A DNA stretch of 64,000 bases from Thermoanaerobaculia bacterium (GCA_963719225.1 CAVRAY010000001.1:2368001-2432000), one strand, 5' to 3'. Counted from the stretch's first letter, positions 9,594 through 18,755 are shown. Program-made: numbers and translations. Notes: generated by a model not told the origin, from the sequence alone.

Positions 9594-10910
9594 TTAGTCC
9601 CCCGACTTCACGACGAATTTCAGCGGTACGCCGTTCAGGTTCCACTTCTCCCGAATGCGGTTCTGGAGGAATCGCTCGAAGGAGAAGTGCAGGGCTTCCG
9701 TTCGGTCGGCGAAGAGACGCACGAGCGGGGGCTCGGCGGCGACCTGGACGGCATAGCGGATTTTCATGTCGCGGCCCGAGCGTGAACGGGGCGCCTCGCG
9801 CTCGAAGGATTTCTGCAACAAGCGGTTCAGCTCGCCCGTGGACATGCGGGTCGCGAACCGCTTCGCGAGCGCGTCGGCTTCCGGGAGGAGGCGCTGGACG
9901 CCCTTCCCCGACGTGGCAGACAGGGGCAGGAAGGGGGCCCGGCGCAGGAAGATGAACCGGCGCTCGGCATCGTGCTTGAGCTCCGCCGTCTTCTGATGGT
10001 CCTTCTCGACGAGGTCCCACTTGTTCGCGACGAGAAGGACGCCGCGGCCCGCCTCCTCGGCGTATCCCGCGATCGTGGCGTCCTGCGACGTGATCCCGGC
10101 CGAAGCGTCGAAGACGATGACGACGAGCCGCGCCCGGTCGATGGACTTCCGGGCGGCAACGATCGAAAGCAGCTCGGCGGAGTCCGTCGTCTTCCCTTTT
10201 CTGCGGATGCCGGCCGTGTCCACGAAGACGTATTCGCGGCCGCCCCTGGAGAGGCGCACGTCGATGGAGTCGCGCGTCGTACCGGCGATCTCCGACACCA
10301 TGACGCGGTCGGCGCCGACGAGCGCGTTCACGAGGGAGGACTTCCCGACGTTCGGCCGGCCCACGATCGCGATCGGGAGCGGCTCGGTGCGCGTCTCGGG
10401 ATCGAGGTCGGGAGGCAGCGCTTCCTCGATCGCCTCGAGGAGCTCGTCCGCGCCCGTGCCGTGGAGCGCCGAGACCCCGATGACTTTCGGGAAGCCGAGC
10501 GCGAAGCCGTCGGCGAGCGCCTCGGCCGCGGTCCTGGTGTCGCACTTGTTCCACGCGACGACGACCGGTTTGCCGAGCGCGTGGAGCCGCCGGGCGAGAC
10601 GCTCGTCCTCGGGGAGGCGTCCGGCCACCCCGTCCAGCACGAAGAGGATGAGGTCGGCGTCGGCCACGGCGGCGAGCGCACGGTCGCTCGTCCACGCGGC
10701 GAAGCCGCCCGCGGCGTCGAGATCGAGCCCCCCGGTGTCGACGAGCGTGTAGGGACGGCCCGACGGCGTCTTCGCCGTCATCTCGAGCGCGTCGCGTGTC
10801 ATCCCGGGCCGATCGTGCACGAGGGCCCTCCGCTCGCGCGCGAGCCGGTTGAAGAGCGCCGATTTCCCGACGTTCGGGCGGCCGACGAGAACGACCTTGA
10901 ACGCGCTCAC
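9594..10910 (-). CDS. der: Ribosome biogenesis GTPase Der (EngA)
   Basis: Two GRPNVGKS P-loops, DTGG/DTAG, NKCD/NKWD, C-terminal KH-like domain; GTG start overlaps the rnr stop. Confidence 0.95.
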   Translation of the reverse strand: MSAFKVVLVGRPNVGKSALFNRLARERRALVHDRPGMTRDALEMTAKTPSGRPYTLVDTGGLDLDAAGGFAAWTSDRALAAVADADLILFVLDGVAGRLPEDERLARRLHALGKPVVVAWNKCDTRTAAEALADGFALGFPKVIGVSALHGTGADELLEAIEEALPPDLDPETRTEPLPIAIVGRPNVGKSSLVNALVGADRVMVSEIAGTTRDSIDVRLSRGGREYVFVDTAGIRRKGKTTDSAELLSIVAARKSIDRARLVVIVFDASAGITSQDATIAGYAEEAGRGVLLVANKWDLVEKDHQKTAELKHDAERRFIFLRRAPFLPLSATSGKGVQRLLPEADALAKRFATRMSTGELNRLLQKSFEREAPRSRSGRDMKIRYAVQVAAEPPLVRLFADRTEALHFSFERFLQNRIREKWNLNGVPLKFVVKSGD

Positions 10911-13306
10911 CGCCGCCGCGCCCGGCCGCGCGGAGCCTGGGACGGGCGGCGGCCTCGACCCTGCCGCTGCCGCTCGATCGCCTCGACCCGGCTTCCCCGC
11001 CGCGGCGGCGCGCTCTCCCCCACGGGAACGAAATCCAGGCCGCGCTTTTCCGGGTCCGCCTGGACGAGCTTCACGCGCAGGCGGTCCCCGAGCCGGTAGA
11101 CGCGCCCCGACGAAGAGCCCACGAGGCGATGCTCCACGTCCTCGTATCGATAGAAATCGTCCCCGAGCGACGAGATCGGAACGAGGCCGTCCACGTAGAT
11201 GTCCTCGAGCGTGACGAAGAAGCCGAAACCCACGACGGCCGAGACGTACGCCCAGAACTCCTCGCCCACGCGCGACGACAGGAAGACGAACTTCTTCCAC
11301 GCGACGGCCTCGCGTTCGGCGGATTCGGCGCGCCTCTCGCGCGACGAGCAGTGGGCCGCCGCCTCGTGGAACCAGCGCGTGCGGCCTTCCGCTTCCTCGG
11401 CGGGAGGCGGCCGGCGGATGGCGAGCCATTCCACGAGCGCGCGATGCACGAGAAGGTCCGGGTAGCGGCGGATAGGCGAGGTGAAATGGCAGTAGTGGGT
11501 CGCCGCGAGCGCGTAGTGCCCGCGGCACTCCTCGGAATAGACTGCCTTCTTCTGGGCCCTGAGGACGAGATCCGAGACGAAGCGCTCTTCGGGCTTCCCG
11601 GCCGCCTGGTCGAGGATGGCCTGGAACGTGGCGGGCGTGACCTCCTCCTCGTCTTCGGGAAGGTCGTAGCCGAGCGGCCCGAGCACGACGCGAAGGTCTT
11701 CTAGACGGCTTTCGTCGGGCCGGTCGTGCACGCGGTAGAGGGCCGGCGTCGGAACGAACTCCAGGTGCTTGGCGACCGCCTCGTTCGCGGCGAGCATGAA
11801 CTCCTCGATGAGCCGGTGCGCCTCGTTGCGCACGGCCCGCACGATCTCGACCACGTCTCCCGCCTCGCCGAGGATCACGTCCGCGTCCGGCAGGTCGAAG
11901 TCGAGGGAACCCCGGCGGGATCTTTTTGCTCGGAGAAGACCCGACGCCTTGTGTGCCGCGCGGAGCATGCTGGTTATGTCCGAAGAGAACGGGGATTTCT
12001 TAGAAAGTGAATGCGCCAGCGCCTCGCTTCCCCCCTCTGCGGTGCTCGAATGCTGCGCTGTAGGTTTGGAATGAGCGGCTCCCGGCGCTCCGGGCCGCTG
12101 ACCCTCCCTCTCTTTACTTTCAAAGAACTCTTCTATTAATCCCCCGACCCCTGTGTACGTCAGTCGTGCGCGGCTCTTGATCAGGCTTCTGAAGAATTCC
12201 GCCTTGACCGTTTCTCCATGCTTGTCCAGCGTGAGCACCGCCGAGACGGTGCGGCGCTCCTCGTCCGGGCGCAGCGAGCAGAGGTCGTTCGAGAGGCGCT
12301 CGGGGAGCATGGCGATCGCGCGGTCGGGGAAGTAGACCGACGTGCCGCGCTCGAAGGCCTCCGCGTCGAGGGCGCTCCCGACGGGCACGTAGTGCGACAC
12401 GTCCGCGATGTGGATGCCGATCCGGAAGCTTCCGCCCGGCAGCTCTTCCGCTTCGATCGCGTCGTCGAAGTCGCGCGCGGTCTCGCCGTCGATCGTCACG
12501 ATCGTGCGTCCCGTGAAGTCGGAGCGGAGCTTCCGCTCGTCCTCCCCGACGGCGCCGCTCGCGGCCTCGGCCTCGGCAAGGACTGCCTGCGGGTACTTGC
12601 GCGGGATTCCCCACTTGCGGGCCACGACCTCGACGTCGACGCCCGCATCCCCTTCGAACCCGATCAGCTCGAGAACCTCCGCGAGGGCGAGCCGGCGGTC
12701 GTCGGGATACGCGATGATGCGGGCCTCGACGAAGATGCCGTCGGGCGCCGCCAGATCCTTCCCGTCCGGCACCGCGAGGCGCGCGTCGATCTTGCGGTCG
12801 AAGGGCACGACGAAGGTGCCCTCGGGAGAGCGCGCGATCTTTCCGACGACCGTCTCGCGGCGCCGTACGAGCACCTTCACGACGGCGCCCGTCGAGCGCG
12901 GCTCGAAGCGCGGACGCCGCCCCCTGGGGGCGCCCTTCGGGGCAGCCCTCGGCTTCTCGAGACGCACGAGCACGAAGTCGCCGTCCAGAGCGCTGCCGAG
13001 CGCCGTGACGGGCACGTCGGGAACGCCCGTCTGGCCGGAGAGAAGGAAGGCCCGGCCCTCGCCGCGGATCGCGAGCACGCCGGCCTGGAACTCCGTGAAC
13101 TCGATGCGCGAGAGCTTCTCGCCCTTGACGCGCACGATCTCGCCGCGGCGCTCGAGGTCGGCCACCGCGGCGCGCAGAGCGTTCTCGCGCGCGGGATCGA
13201 GATCGGCGCCGAGCACACGATTCGCGAGGTCCGAGAACGTGAGAATCCGCGAGCCGCGCGGATGAAGCGCGTCGAGGATCGCTTTGGTCAATTCGAGGTT
13301 CTTCAT
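10907..13306 (-). CDS. rnr: Ribonuclease R
   Basis: TIDGETARDFDDA, HIADVSHYV, LIEEFMLAANE, HFTSPIRRYPDL, C-terminal S1 domain; start 13306 or 13336. Confidence 0.95.
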   Translation of the reverse strand: MKNLELTKAILDALHPRGSRILTFSDLANRVLGADLDPARENALRAAVADLERRGEIVRVKGEKLSRIEFTEFQAGVLAIRGEGRAFLLSGQTGVPDVPVTALGSALDGDFVLVRLEKPRAAPKGAPRGRRPRFEPRSTGAVVKVLVRRRETVVGKIARSPEGTFVVPFDRKIDARLAVPDGKDLAAPDGIFVEARIIAYPDDRRLALAEVLELIGFEGDAGVDVEVVARKWGIPRKYPQAVLAEAEAASGAVGEDERKLRSDFTGRTIVTIDGETARDFDDAIEAEELPGGSFRIGIHIADVSHYVPVGSALDAEAFERGTSVYFPDRAIAMLPERLSNDLCSLRPDEERRTVSAVLTLDKHGETVKAEFFRSLIKSRARLTYTGVGGLIEEFFESKEREGQRPGAPGAAHSKPTAQHSSTAEGGSEALAHSLSKKSPFSSDITSMLRAAHKASGLLRAKRSRRGSLDFDLPDADVILGEAGDVVEIVRAVRNEAHRLIEEFMLAANEAVAKHLEFVPTPALYRVHDRPDESRLEDLRVVLGPLGYDLPEDEEEVTPATFQAILDQAAGKPEERFVSDLVLRAQKKAVYSEECRGHYALAATHYCHFTSPIRRYPDLLVHRALVEWLAIRRPPPAEEAEGRTRWFHEAAAHCSSRERRAESAEREAVAWKKFVFLSSRVGEEFWAYVSAVVGFGFFVTLEDIYVDGLVPISSLGDDFYRYEDVEHRLVGSSSGRVYRLGDRLRVKLVQADPEKRGLDFVPVGESAPPRRGSRVEAIERQRQGRGRRPSQAPRGRARRR
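11994..12130. repeat. Inverted pair of AT-rich motif inside rnr
   Basis: GATTTCTTAGAAAG (11994-12007) ... CTTTCAAAGAACTC (12117-12130). Confidence 0.75.
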
Positions 13307-13421
13307 TTTTCTTGGAGGGTTAGAATACCGGGGCACGGCAAACTGGGCCGCCGTCGCCCGATGCGGCCGGATCTTCTACCTTTCCAAGAAAACCCAGTTG
13401 CGTCCGCGGATCGGGCCGCGT

Positions 13422-13829
13422 CTATCCCGCACCGATGCAGCGAACGCTCTTTTTCACCAGCGTGCCGTCCATCTTCATTTGAAACGACACGCCGTAACGG
13501 AACGGATCCTCTCCGGGCACGTGGACGAACTCGATCTGGCACTGCCAGCGCCGCTCGCCGTTGGGCAGCTTGACGGGTGTGACTTTCACGGCGATGGAGT
13601 TCCTGGCGGACGCATCGGTGAAGTTCTCCAGCAAACCGCTGACGTAGTCGCGCAGGTTCGCGTCCTTCGGTTCCGAGCCCACGCCTTTGCAGGACGCATC
13701 GACCGTGAGCGGAGTGTCTCCGTTGGCGAGCAACACCGAGATGACCCGCTTCGGCGTGGGGGGGTCCGCCCCCGGGCAGCGCGCGGCCGCCGACAGCAGC
13801 AGCAACAGAAAAGGGACGGACCGGCGCAT
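13422..13829 (-). CDS. Secreted hypothetical protein, candidate immunity protein
   Basis: Signal peptide MRRSVPFLLLLLSAAA; several Cys; starts 11 bp after the amidase-like gene. Confidence 0.7.
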   Translation of the reverse strand: MRRSVPFLLLLLSAAARCPGADPPTPKRVISVLLANGDTPLTVDASCKGVGSEPKDANLRDYVSGLLENFTDASARNSIAVKVTPVKLPNGERRWQCQIEFVHVPGEDPFRYGVSFQMKMDGTLVKKSVRCIGAG

Positions 13830-13840
13830 GACGGCCGTAC

Positions 13841-14329
13841 TCACGGTGGGAATGTCCCGTAATAGACCGCGAAGCCGCTTCCCGGGTAATGATGGCTGAA
13901 GTCCTCGGGGCTCTCCTTGACCACGAAATGCTTCGAATTGCTGTAGTGATAGATGCTCCCGAGGTTGTAGATACCGATGTGCTTCTTCGGGATGTTCGCC
14001 ATGGTGTGGGCGCCCACATCCACCGCGGAGCTCCTGGTGACGAAGGCAAGGCAATCGGTCACGCTGGACGGCCGGTCACTGAAGAGACCGACATCTCCGC
14101 ACCGGGCGAATACCTCGTGAACACGCAGACACGCGGCGTCGCCCTTTCCATTTCCCGCCGACTTGCAGGTATAGCCGAAGGTGAATCCCCGGCTGTGACT
14201 CACGAAGTGAGCGCAGTGGTTGTCGGAGTCATCCTTGAAACCGTTACCGCAGAACTCCGAGATGTGCTTGTTCAGACAGCTCTCCAAGAGAGCGTAAAGC
14301 GTCATCAGTCTTTGCGGAACCGCGGACAT
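13841..14329 (-). CDS. Putative papain-like (NlpC/P60-superfamily, Tae-like) cysteine amidase
   Basis: RBS GGGAGGGAAG; NHCAHFVSH and KHIGIY motifs suggest a Cys-His dyad; no signal peptide. Confidence 0.6.
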   Translation of the reverse strand: MSAVPQRLMTLYALLESCLNKHISEFCGNGFKDDSDNHCAHFVSHSRGFTFGYTCKSAGNGKGDAACLRVHEVFARCGDVGLFSDRPSSVTDCLAFVTRSSAVDVGAHTMANIPKKHIGIYNLGSIYHYSNSKHFVVKESPEDFSHHYPGSGFAVYYGTFPP

Positions 14330-14364
14330 GTTCTTCCCTCCCGTCGGCTGGGTCAGGCGAAGCC

Positions 14365-14453
<89 letters not shown>

Positions 14454-14463
14454 GCGGAGCGGC

Positions 14464-14492
14464 AGGATAAAGCCGGGGCTAACCCGCGTCAA
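14464..14492 (-). promoter_or_regulatory. Sigma70-type promoter of tRNA-Leu
   Basis: TTGACG (14492-14487), 17-bp spacer, TATCCT (14469-14464). Confidence 0.7.
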
Positions 14493-14493
14493 A

Positions 14494-15237
14494 TCAGCGG
14501 CGGAAGCCGGCGCGCTCGCGCTCCGTGACGAAGGCGTCGATGCGGAGCTGGTCCTTTTCCGAGATCTCCGTGAACCGCAGGCCGAACGCCGGGTGGAAGT
14601 GGTCCAGCTCGGTCGTGCGGCGCATGATCCGGCCCTTCGCGCTCAGGGGAACGGGATCGTCGGGCAGGAAGAACTCGATCTCCACGACGCGCCCGATCGC
14701 GATCGCGCTCTCGATCTCGACGAGCATCCCGTTCCCCGAGACGTTCAGGAGCTTGCCGAGCAGGACCGAGCCGTCGGTGCGCCCCTCGCGCACGCGCGCC
14801 AGGGTGTTCAGCTCGCGCCGCGCCGGGATGAGCGTGAGGCGCTTCGTCTTGTCGAGAAGCTCGTCGGGCGGGAACGGCGCGAGGATGAAGTCGTTCACGC
14901 CGGGCACGAGGGCCTCTTCGAGGTGCGGTTCTCCCGCCGGCACGACGAGCATCATGGACACGGTCCGCCAGTGTTTCTCCTCCCGCAGCCTCCGGCAGGC
15001 CGCGACGCCGCCGTCGGGCGGAAAACCGGCGTCCATGATCGCGAGGTCCGGAACTTTCGCGGCCGGAATCTGGAGGAGGTCCTCCAGCCGCTCCGCCACC
15101 ACGATCGAGTAGCCGGCAGTCTCGAGCGTTCCCGCGGCCCCGCGCAGCAGTCCCGCGGGCGCCCCCGCCAGGGCGACCTTCTTCTTCGCGAAGAGGCCCG
15201 ATCCCCGCGGGAACGTGCCCGAATCCTCGACCGTCAT
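14494..15237 (-). CDS. Receiver (REC)-like domain + PilZ domain protein
   Basis: PDLAIMDAGFP...DG...VNDFILAPF receiver fold; PilZ motifs RREL and NVSGNG. Confidence 0.8.
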   Translation of the reverse strand: MTVEDSGTFPRGSGLFAKKKVALAGAPAGLLRGAAGTLETAGYSIVVAERLEDLLQIPAAKVPDLAIMDAGFPPDGGVAACRRLREEKHWRTVSMMLVVPAGEPHLEEALVPGVNDFILAPFPPDELLDKTKRLTLIPARRELNTLARVREGRTDGSVLLGKLLNVSGNGMLVEIESAIAIGRVVEIEFFLPDDPVPLSAKGRIMRRTTELDHFHPAFGLRFTEISEKDQLRIDAFVTERERAGFRR

Positions 15238-15632
15238 GCGGTCCCCTGCTTCACGATCACCGACCCGCGGGCGACCGGTCCTCCGTCGCCGTCCGTCACC
15301 ACGCCCTCGAGCTTGACCGTGTCTCCGAATCGCCCGGCGATCCGCACGTCGACGTTCAGGACGTCGCCCGCCACGGGCAGGCGTTCGACCGAGAAGTCGG
15401 AAATGCCGGCGAGAAATCCCTTCCGCCCGAGCGCGGCGTCGCCGCCCTCGAGGAGCAGGGCCGACTGAGCCACGAGCTCGGCCAGGGCGGCCGTCCGAAA
15501 CCCCGTGGCTCTCACCGCCTCCGCGTCCGCGCTCACGGTCGCCCGGACGCGCCCCTCGGCACGGCCCGTCCGCGCGACGACACCGTCCGCGAAGCGGAAC
15601 GGGAACGCATGCGGCAAGGGCTGAAAGTCCAC
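15234..15632 (-). CDS. 3-hydroxyacyl-ACP dehydratase (FabA/FabZ-like hotdog fold)
   Basis: GTG start; LPHAFPFRFAD, ELVAQSA, GFLAGI; adjacent to ACP. Confidence 0.75.
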   Translation of the reverse strand: MDFQPLPHAFPFRFADGVVARTGRAEGRVRATVSADAEAVRATGFRTAALAELVAQSALLLEGGDAALGRKGFLAGISDFSVERLPVAGDVLNVDVRIAGRFGDTVKLEGVVTDGDGGPVARGSVIVKQGTA

Positions 15633-15637
15633 GGGCG

Positions 15638-15901
15638 TCAGGCAGCCTTCTCGCGCACGAAGTCGCACAGGGCGTTCACGGATGCGAATGCCTTCACACC
15701 CACTTCCTCGTCCTGTACCTTGATGCCGAATTCCTTCTCCACGCCGAGGACGAGCTCGAGCGCGTCGATCGAATCGAGGCCCAGGCCTCCCTCCGCGTCG
15801 CCGAAGAGCGGCGCGTCGTCGGCGATCGTCGCGGGGTCCATCTCGAGCTTGAGTTGACGAACGATCAGCTCCTTGACTCTTTTCTTGAGATCTTCTGGCA
15901 A
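15638..15901 (-). CDS. Acyl carrier protein
   Basis: GLGLDSIDALEL phosphopantetheine motif; RBS GGGAGGGAG, TTG start. Confidence 0.92.
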   Translation of the reverse strand: MPEDLKKRVKELIVRQLKLEMDPATIADDAPLFGDAEGGLGLDSIDALELVLGVEKEFGIKVQDEEVGVKAFASVNALCDFVREKAA

Positions 15902-15967
15902 CGACGTACTCCCTCCCGGGTTGGCCGGAGCCGAGGAGTATACGAGCGTCGGCGCCGGAAGAGCTCC

Positions 15968-16735
15968 TCAGCCGACGAAGCCGCCGTCGATGCGGACCGT
16001 CTGCCCCGTGAGATAGCTCGCACCGTTGGTGCACAGAAACGAGACGAACGGCGCGATGTCGTCGGGGCGGCCGAATCGCTGCACCGGGACCCGCTTCAGG
16101 AAGTCTTCCCGGACCTCTTTCGTGAGGAACGAGATCATCTCCGTTTCCACAAATCCGGGCGCGACGGCGTTCACGGTGACTCCGAACGCGCCGACCTCGG
16201 CCGCGAGAGATTTCGTGAAGGCGACGAGCGCGCCTTTTGCGGCGGAATAGTTCGTCTGGCCGGCGCTGCCGGAGAACGCCGCGAGCGACGAGATGTTCAC
16301 GATGCGGCCCCAGCGTCGGCGCAGCATCCCGCGCATCACGGCTTTCGTCATGCGGTAGGTCCCGCCGAGCGCCGTGTCGAGGACGAGATTCCAGCTCGCG
16401 TCGGGCATGAGGGCGAAGAGGCCGTTCTTCAGGACGGCGGCGTTGTTCACGAGCACGTCCACGCCCTCGCGCTCCCGATCGAGCCGGTCGGCGAGCGCCG
16501 CGATGTCGGCCGCGGACGTGACGTCCGCCTTGGCGGCCTCGGCGCTGCCCCCGGCCTCACGGATTGCCGCGACCGCGGTCTCGGCCCCCGCCGCGTCGGC
16601 ACGGTAGGTGAGGACCGCGTGATACCCGTCGGCGGCGAGACGCTCGCCGATGGCGCGGCCGATGCCGCGCGACGCGCCGGTGACGAGCGCGACGCGCGTT
16701 CGGGCAGAGGAAGTCTGCGGATTCGGAGAATTCAT
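15968..16735 (-). CDS. fabG: 3-oxoacyl-ACP reductase (FabG-like SDR)
   Basis: TGASRGIG, NNA, NISS, YSAAK, NAVAPGFVET. Confidence 0.88.
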   Translation of the reverse strand: MNSPNPQTSSARTRVALVTGASRGIGRAIGERLAADGYHAVLTYRADAAGAETAVAAIREAGGSAEAAKADVTSAADIAALADRLDREREGVDVLVNNAAVLKNGLFALMPDASWNLVLDTALGGTYRMTKAVMRGMLRRRWGRIVNISSLAAFSGSAGQTNYSAAKGALVAFTKSLAAEVGAFGVTVNAVAPGFVETEMISFLTKEVREDFLKRVPVQRFGRPDDIAPFVSFLCTNGASYLTGQTVRIDGGFVG

Positions 16736-17799
16736 TTGGTTTCGGACCCGAGCGAATCCTGTCGCGCCGAAGCGTGTGCAGAGGTGGATTTTTCCTTGAA
16801 GGGGAAGAGGGGAGGAGGAGCCAGCGATTTCGCGAACGACTCGATCGACTCTGGATCTTCCAGGGCGGGATTCGCGACCTTCGCTTCGCGAAGCGTCCAG
16901 CGCGTCATCTTCGTGAGGACGTCGCCGGGCCCGACCTCGGCGAAGCGTGAGAGGCCCGAATCGCCCATTGCCCGTAACGTCGGAGCAAAGAGCGATGGTC
17001 TGCAAATCTGCTTAGAAAGGACATGAGCGGCCTCTTCGGCGTTCTCCACGCGGCGCCCCAGCATGGGAGCGAAGAGAGCCGTACGCGGATGCGCGGTCCT
17101 GATACCCCTTTCTAAGAAATTTTGCAGACCATCACACACCGAGGAGAGGCTGCTCGAGTGCATCGGGACGTTGATCGAAAGCAATTCTGCCTTCAGCGCC
17201 TTCGGCCTTAGCGCTTCGACGGCCGCGGCGACGAGCGCCCGCTCACCCGTGAGGACGAACTGCGCCGCCGCATTCTCCGTCGCGATCGCGAGGCGAGCGC
17301 GATCGCCCGTCAGCGTGTCGAGCGCGTCCTCGACAGCCGGGCGCGCGAGGCCGATGACGTACGCCATCGTGCCGTCCACCGCGCCGCGCCGCGAGAACTC
17401 GGAGAGGAGCCGTTCGGCTTCGAGAAGGACGTCGAGCGCTGCCCAATTCTCGACGGCTCCCGCCACGGCGAAGGCGGCATAAGTGCCGAGGCTGTACCCG
17501 GCCACGGCGACGGGCTCGAGGTGATGGATACGGCGCAGCGTCTCGAGCGCCGCGAGCGAGACGGCAAAGACGCCGACTTGCGCGGGGAGGTCGTCGTGGA
17601 GGTTCTTTGCACCCTCGCCGAAGAACGTGTCCGCGAGGCGTACTCCAGACCTTCTGGAAATTTCTTCGAATAGTGAAGAGGCAAACTCGAATCGGCGGGC
17701 GAGGGCTTCGCCCATCCCGGCCTTCTCGGAGAGCTGACCCGGGAAGAGCGCCGCGAAGGCCGACGAGGACGGCCCCCTGACGACGAGAGGAGCCTTCAC
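16732..17799 (-). CDS. ACP S-acyltransferase (FabD-like)
   Basis: LFPGQ, GMG, GYSLG nucleophile motif, PMHS, EVGPGDVL. Confidence 0.85.
   Translation of the reverse strand: MKAPLVVRGPSSSAFAALFPGQLSEKAGMGEALARRFEFASSLFEEISRRSGVRLADTFFGEGAKNLHDDLPAQVGVFAVSLAALETLRRIHHLEPVAVAGYSLGTYAAFAVAGAVENWAALDVLLEAERLLSEFSRRGAVDGTMAYVIGLARPAVEDALDTLTGDRARLAIATENAAAQFVLTGERALVAAAVEALRPKALKAELLSINVPMHSSSLSSVCDGLQNFLERGIRTAHPRTALFAPMLGRRVENAEEAAHVLSKQICRPSLFAPTLRAMGDSGLSRFAEVGPGDVLTKMTRWTLREAKVANPALEDPESIESFAKSLAPPPLFPFKEKSTSAHASARQDSLGSETK
17005..17121. repeat. Inverted pair of AT-rich motif inside the FabD-like gene
   Basis: AATCTGCTTAGAAAGG (17005-17020) ... CTTTCTAAGAAATT (17108-17121). Confidence 0.75.
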
Positions 17800-18755
17800 G
17801 CCGCGACGCCTCCCTTCTTCCCATTCTCAGAAATCTTCTCTTCCGTCTCGGCACTTACAGAAATCTTCTCTTCCCTATTCCTATTCGCAGAAATCTCTTC
17901 TTCTTTCTCTTCTTTCTCTTGGAGCTCCGCTCGAATCGACGAGATCGGCGCGAAGCGATGGCGCGCGAGGAGGCGGCGCCAATGCCCTTCCGTGCGCGTG
18001 CGTCCCGCGAAGTGGACGAGGCTCTGAACGGGAGAGAGGCCGGGCATCGCAGGGTGGGCGTCGTCGAACTCCCAGGGATGCGCATAGAGGACAGGCGGGA
18101 TGCCGTTCGCCAGGGCCCGTTCGAGCGCCGCGGAGATGCGGTTTTCGCGCGTGAGGCGCGCGCACACGCCGCCGCCCCACATCGCCCGGAAGCCGAAGAA
18201 CGTGCCCATGAGCGGTGGGATTTCCAGAATCGGACCGGAGGCGGTTTCGAGCATTGCGGGTCGATCCGGATTCGAGCGCACTCCGACTGGCGGTGCTGTC
18301 GTGAGCGAAGAGTCCCGCTCGAAACCCTCCTCGACGAGGACCGTGAAGGCTGGGTTTCTCGCGCTCCTCATCGACCACTCCGGCGCCCGGAAAGACGTCA
18401 CCGGCTTCCCGACGAGCTCCCGCAGCGAGTCGCGGCTCTTCCGGAGGTCCCCGCGAAACTCCTCGGGCGTCATCTCGAAGACGCGGCGGTGCAGGTCTCC
18501 GTGGCAGCCGATCTCGTGGCCCGCGTCCGCGATCCGCCTGACGAGCGCCGGACTCTGGCGCGCGATCCAGCCGAGGACGAAGAACGTCGCGGTCGAACCG
18601 GTTCCGTCGAGGAGCGCGAGGATGCGCTCGAGTCCCACGTGGACCCTCTTCTCGCGTCCCGCCCAGGTTGCCGGATCCGAATACGCGCGATGTCCGCAGA
18701 CGTGGAACCAGTCCTCCACGTCGACGGTCAGGATCGGGGCCACGCTCGCGCTCAC
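17796..18755 (-). CDS. Polysaccharide deacetylase (DUF3473-type)
   Basis: TVDVEDWF, ATFFVLGW, HEIGCHGDLH, FRAPEWS, YAHPWEFD. Confidence 0.9.
   Translation of the reverse strand: MSASVAPILTVDVEDWFHVCGHRAYSDPATWAGREKRVHVGLERILALLDGTGSTATFFVLGWIARQSPALVRRIADAGHEIGCHGDLHRRVFEMTPEEFRGDLRKSRDSLRELVGKPVTSFRAPEWSMRSARNPAFTVLVEEGFERDSSLTTAPPVGVRSNPDRPAMLETASGPILEIPPLMGTFFGFRAMWGGGVCARLTRENRISAALERALANGIPPVLYAHPWEFDDAHPAMPGLSPVQSLVHFAGRTRTEGHWRRLLARHRFAPISSIRAELQEKEEKEEEISANRNREEKISVSAETEEKISENGKKGGVAA
17822..17920 (+). repeat. Three tandem motif copies at 30-bp period plus pyrimidine tract
   Basis: CAGAAATCT at 17828, 17858 and 17888; encodes the EEKIS repeats at the deacetylase C-terminus. Confidence 0.8.

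Noticed and set aside
10911-11528. N-terminal extensions in the ORF track for der (also nuoH, nuoN, Yip1, permeases, GT4, fabG)
   Set aside because: They overlap upstream genes; internal starts coupled to upstream stops fit the family N-termini better.
11994-12130. Motif pairs as Rho-independent terminators or as parS/Rex sites
   Set aside because: Arms are AT-rich, far apart and mostly intragenic; the sequence does not match parS (TGTTTCACGTGAAACA) or the Rex consensus.
17822-17900. 30-bp periodic repeat as a possible CRISPR array
   Set aside because: Only three degenerate units with a period too short for repeat plus spacer, inside a CDS, and no cas genes.
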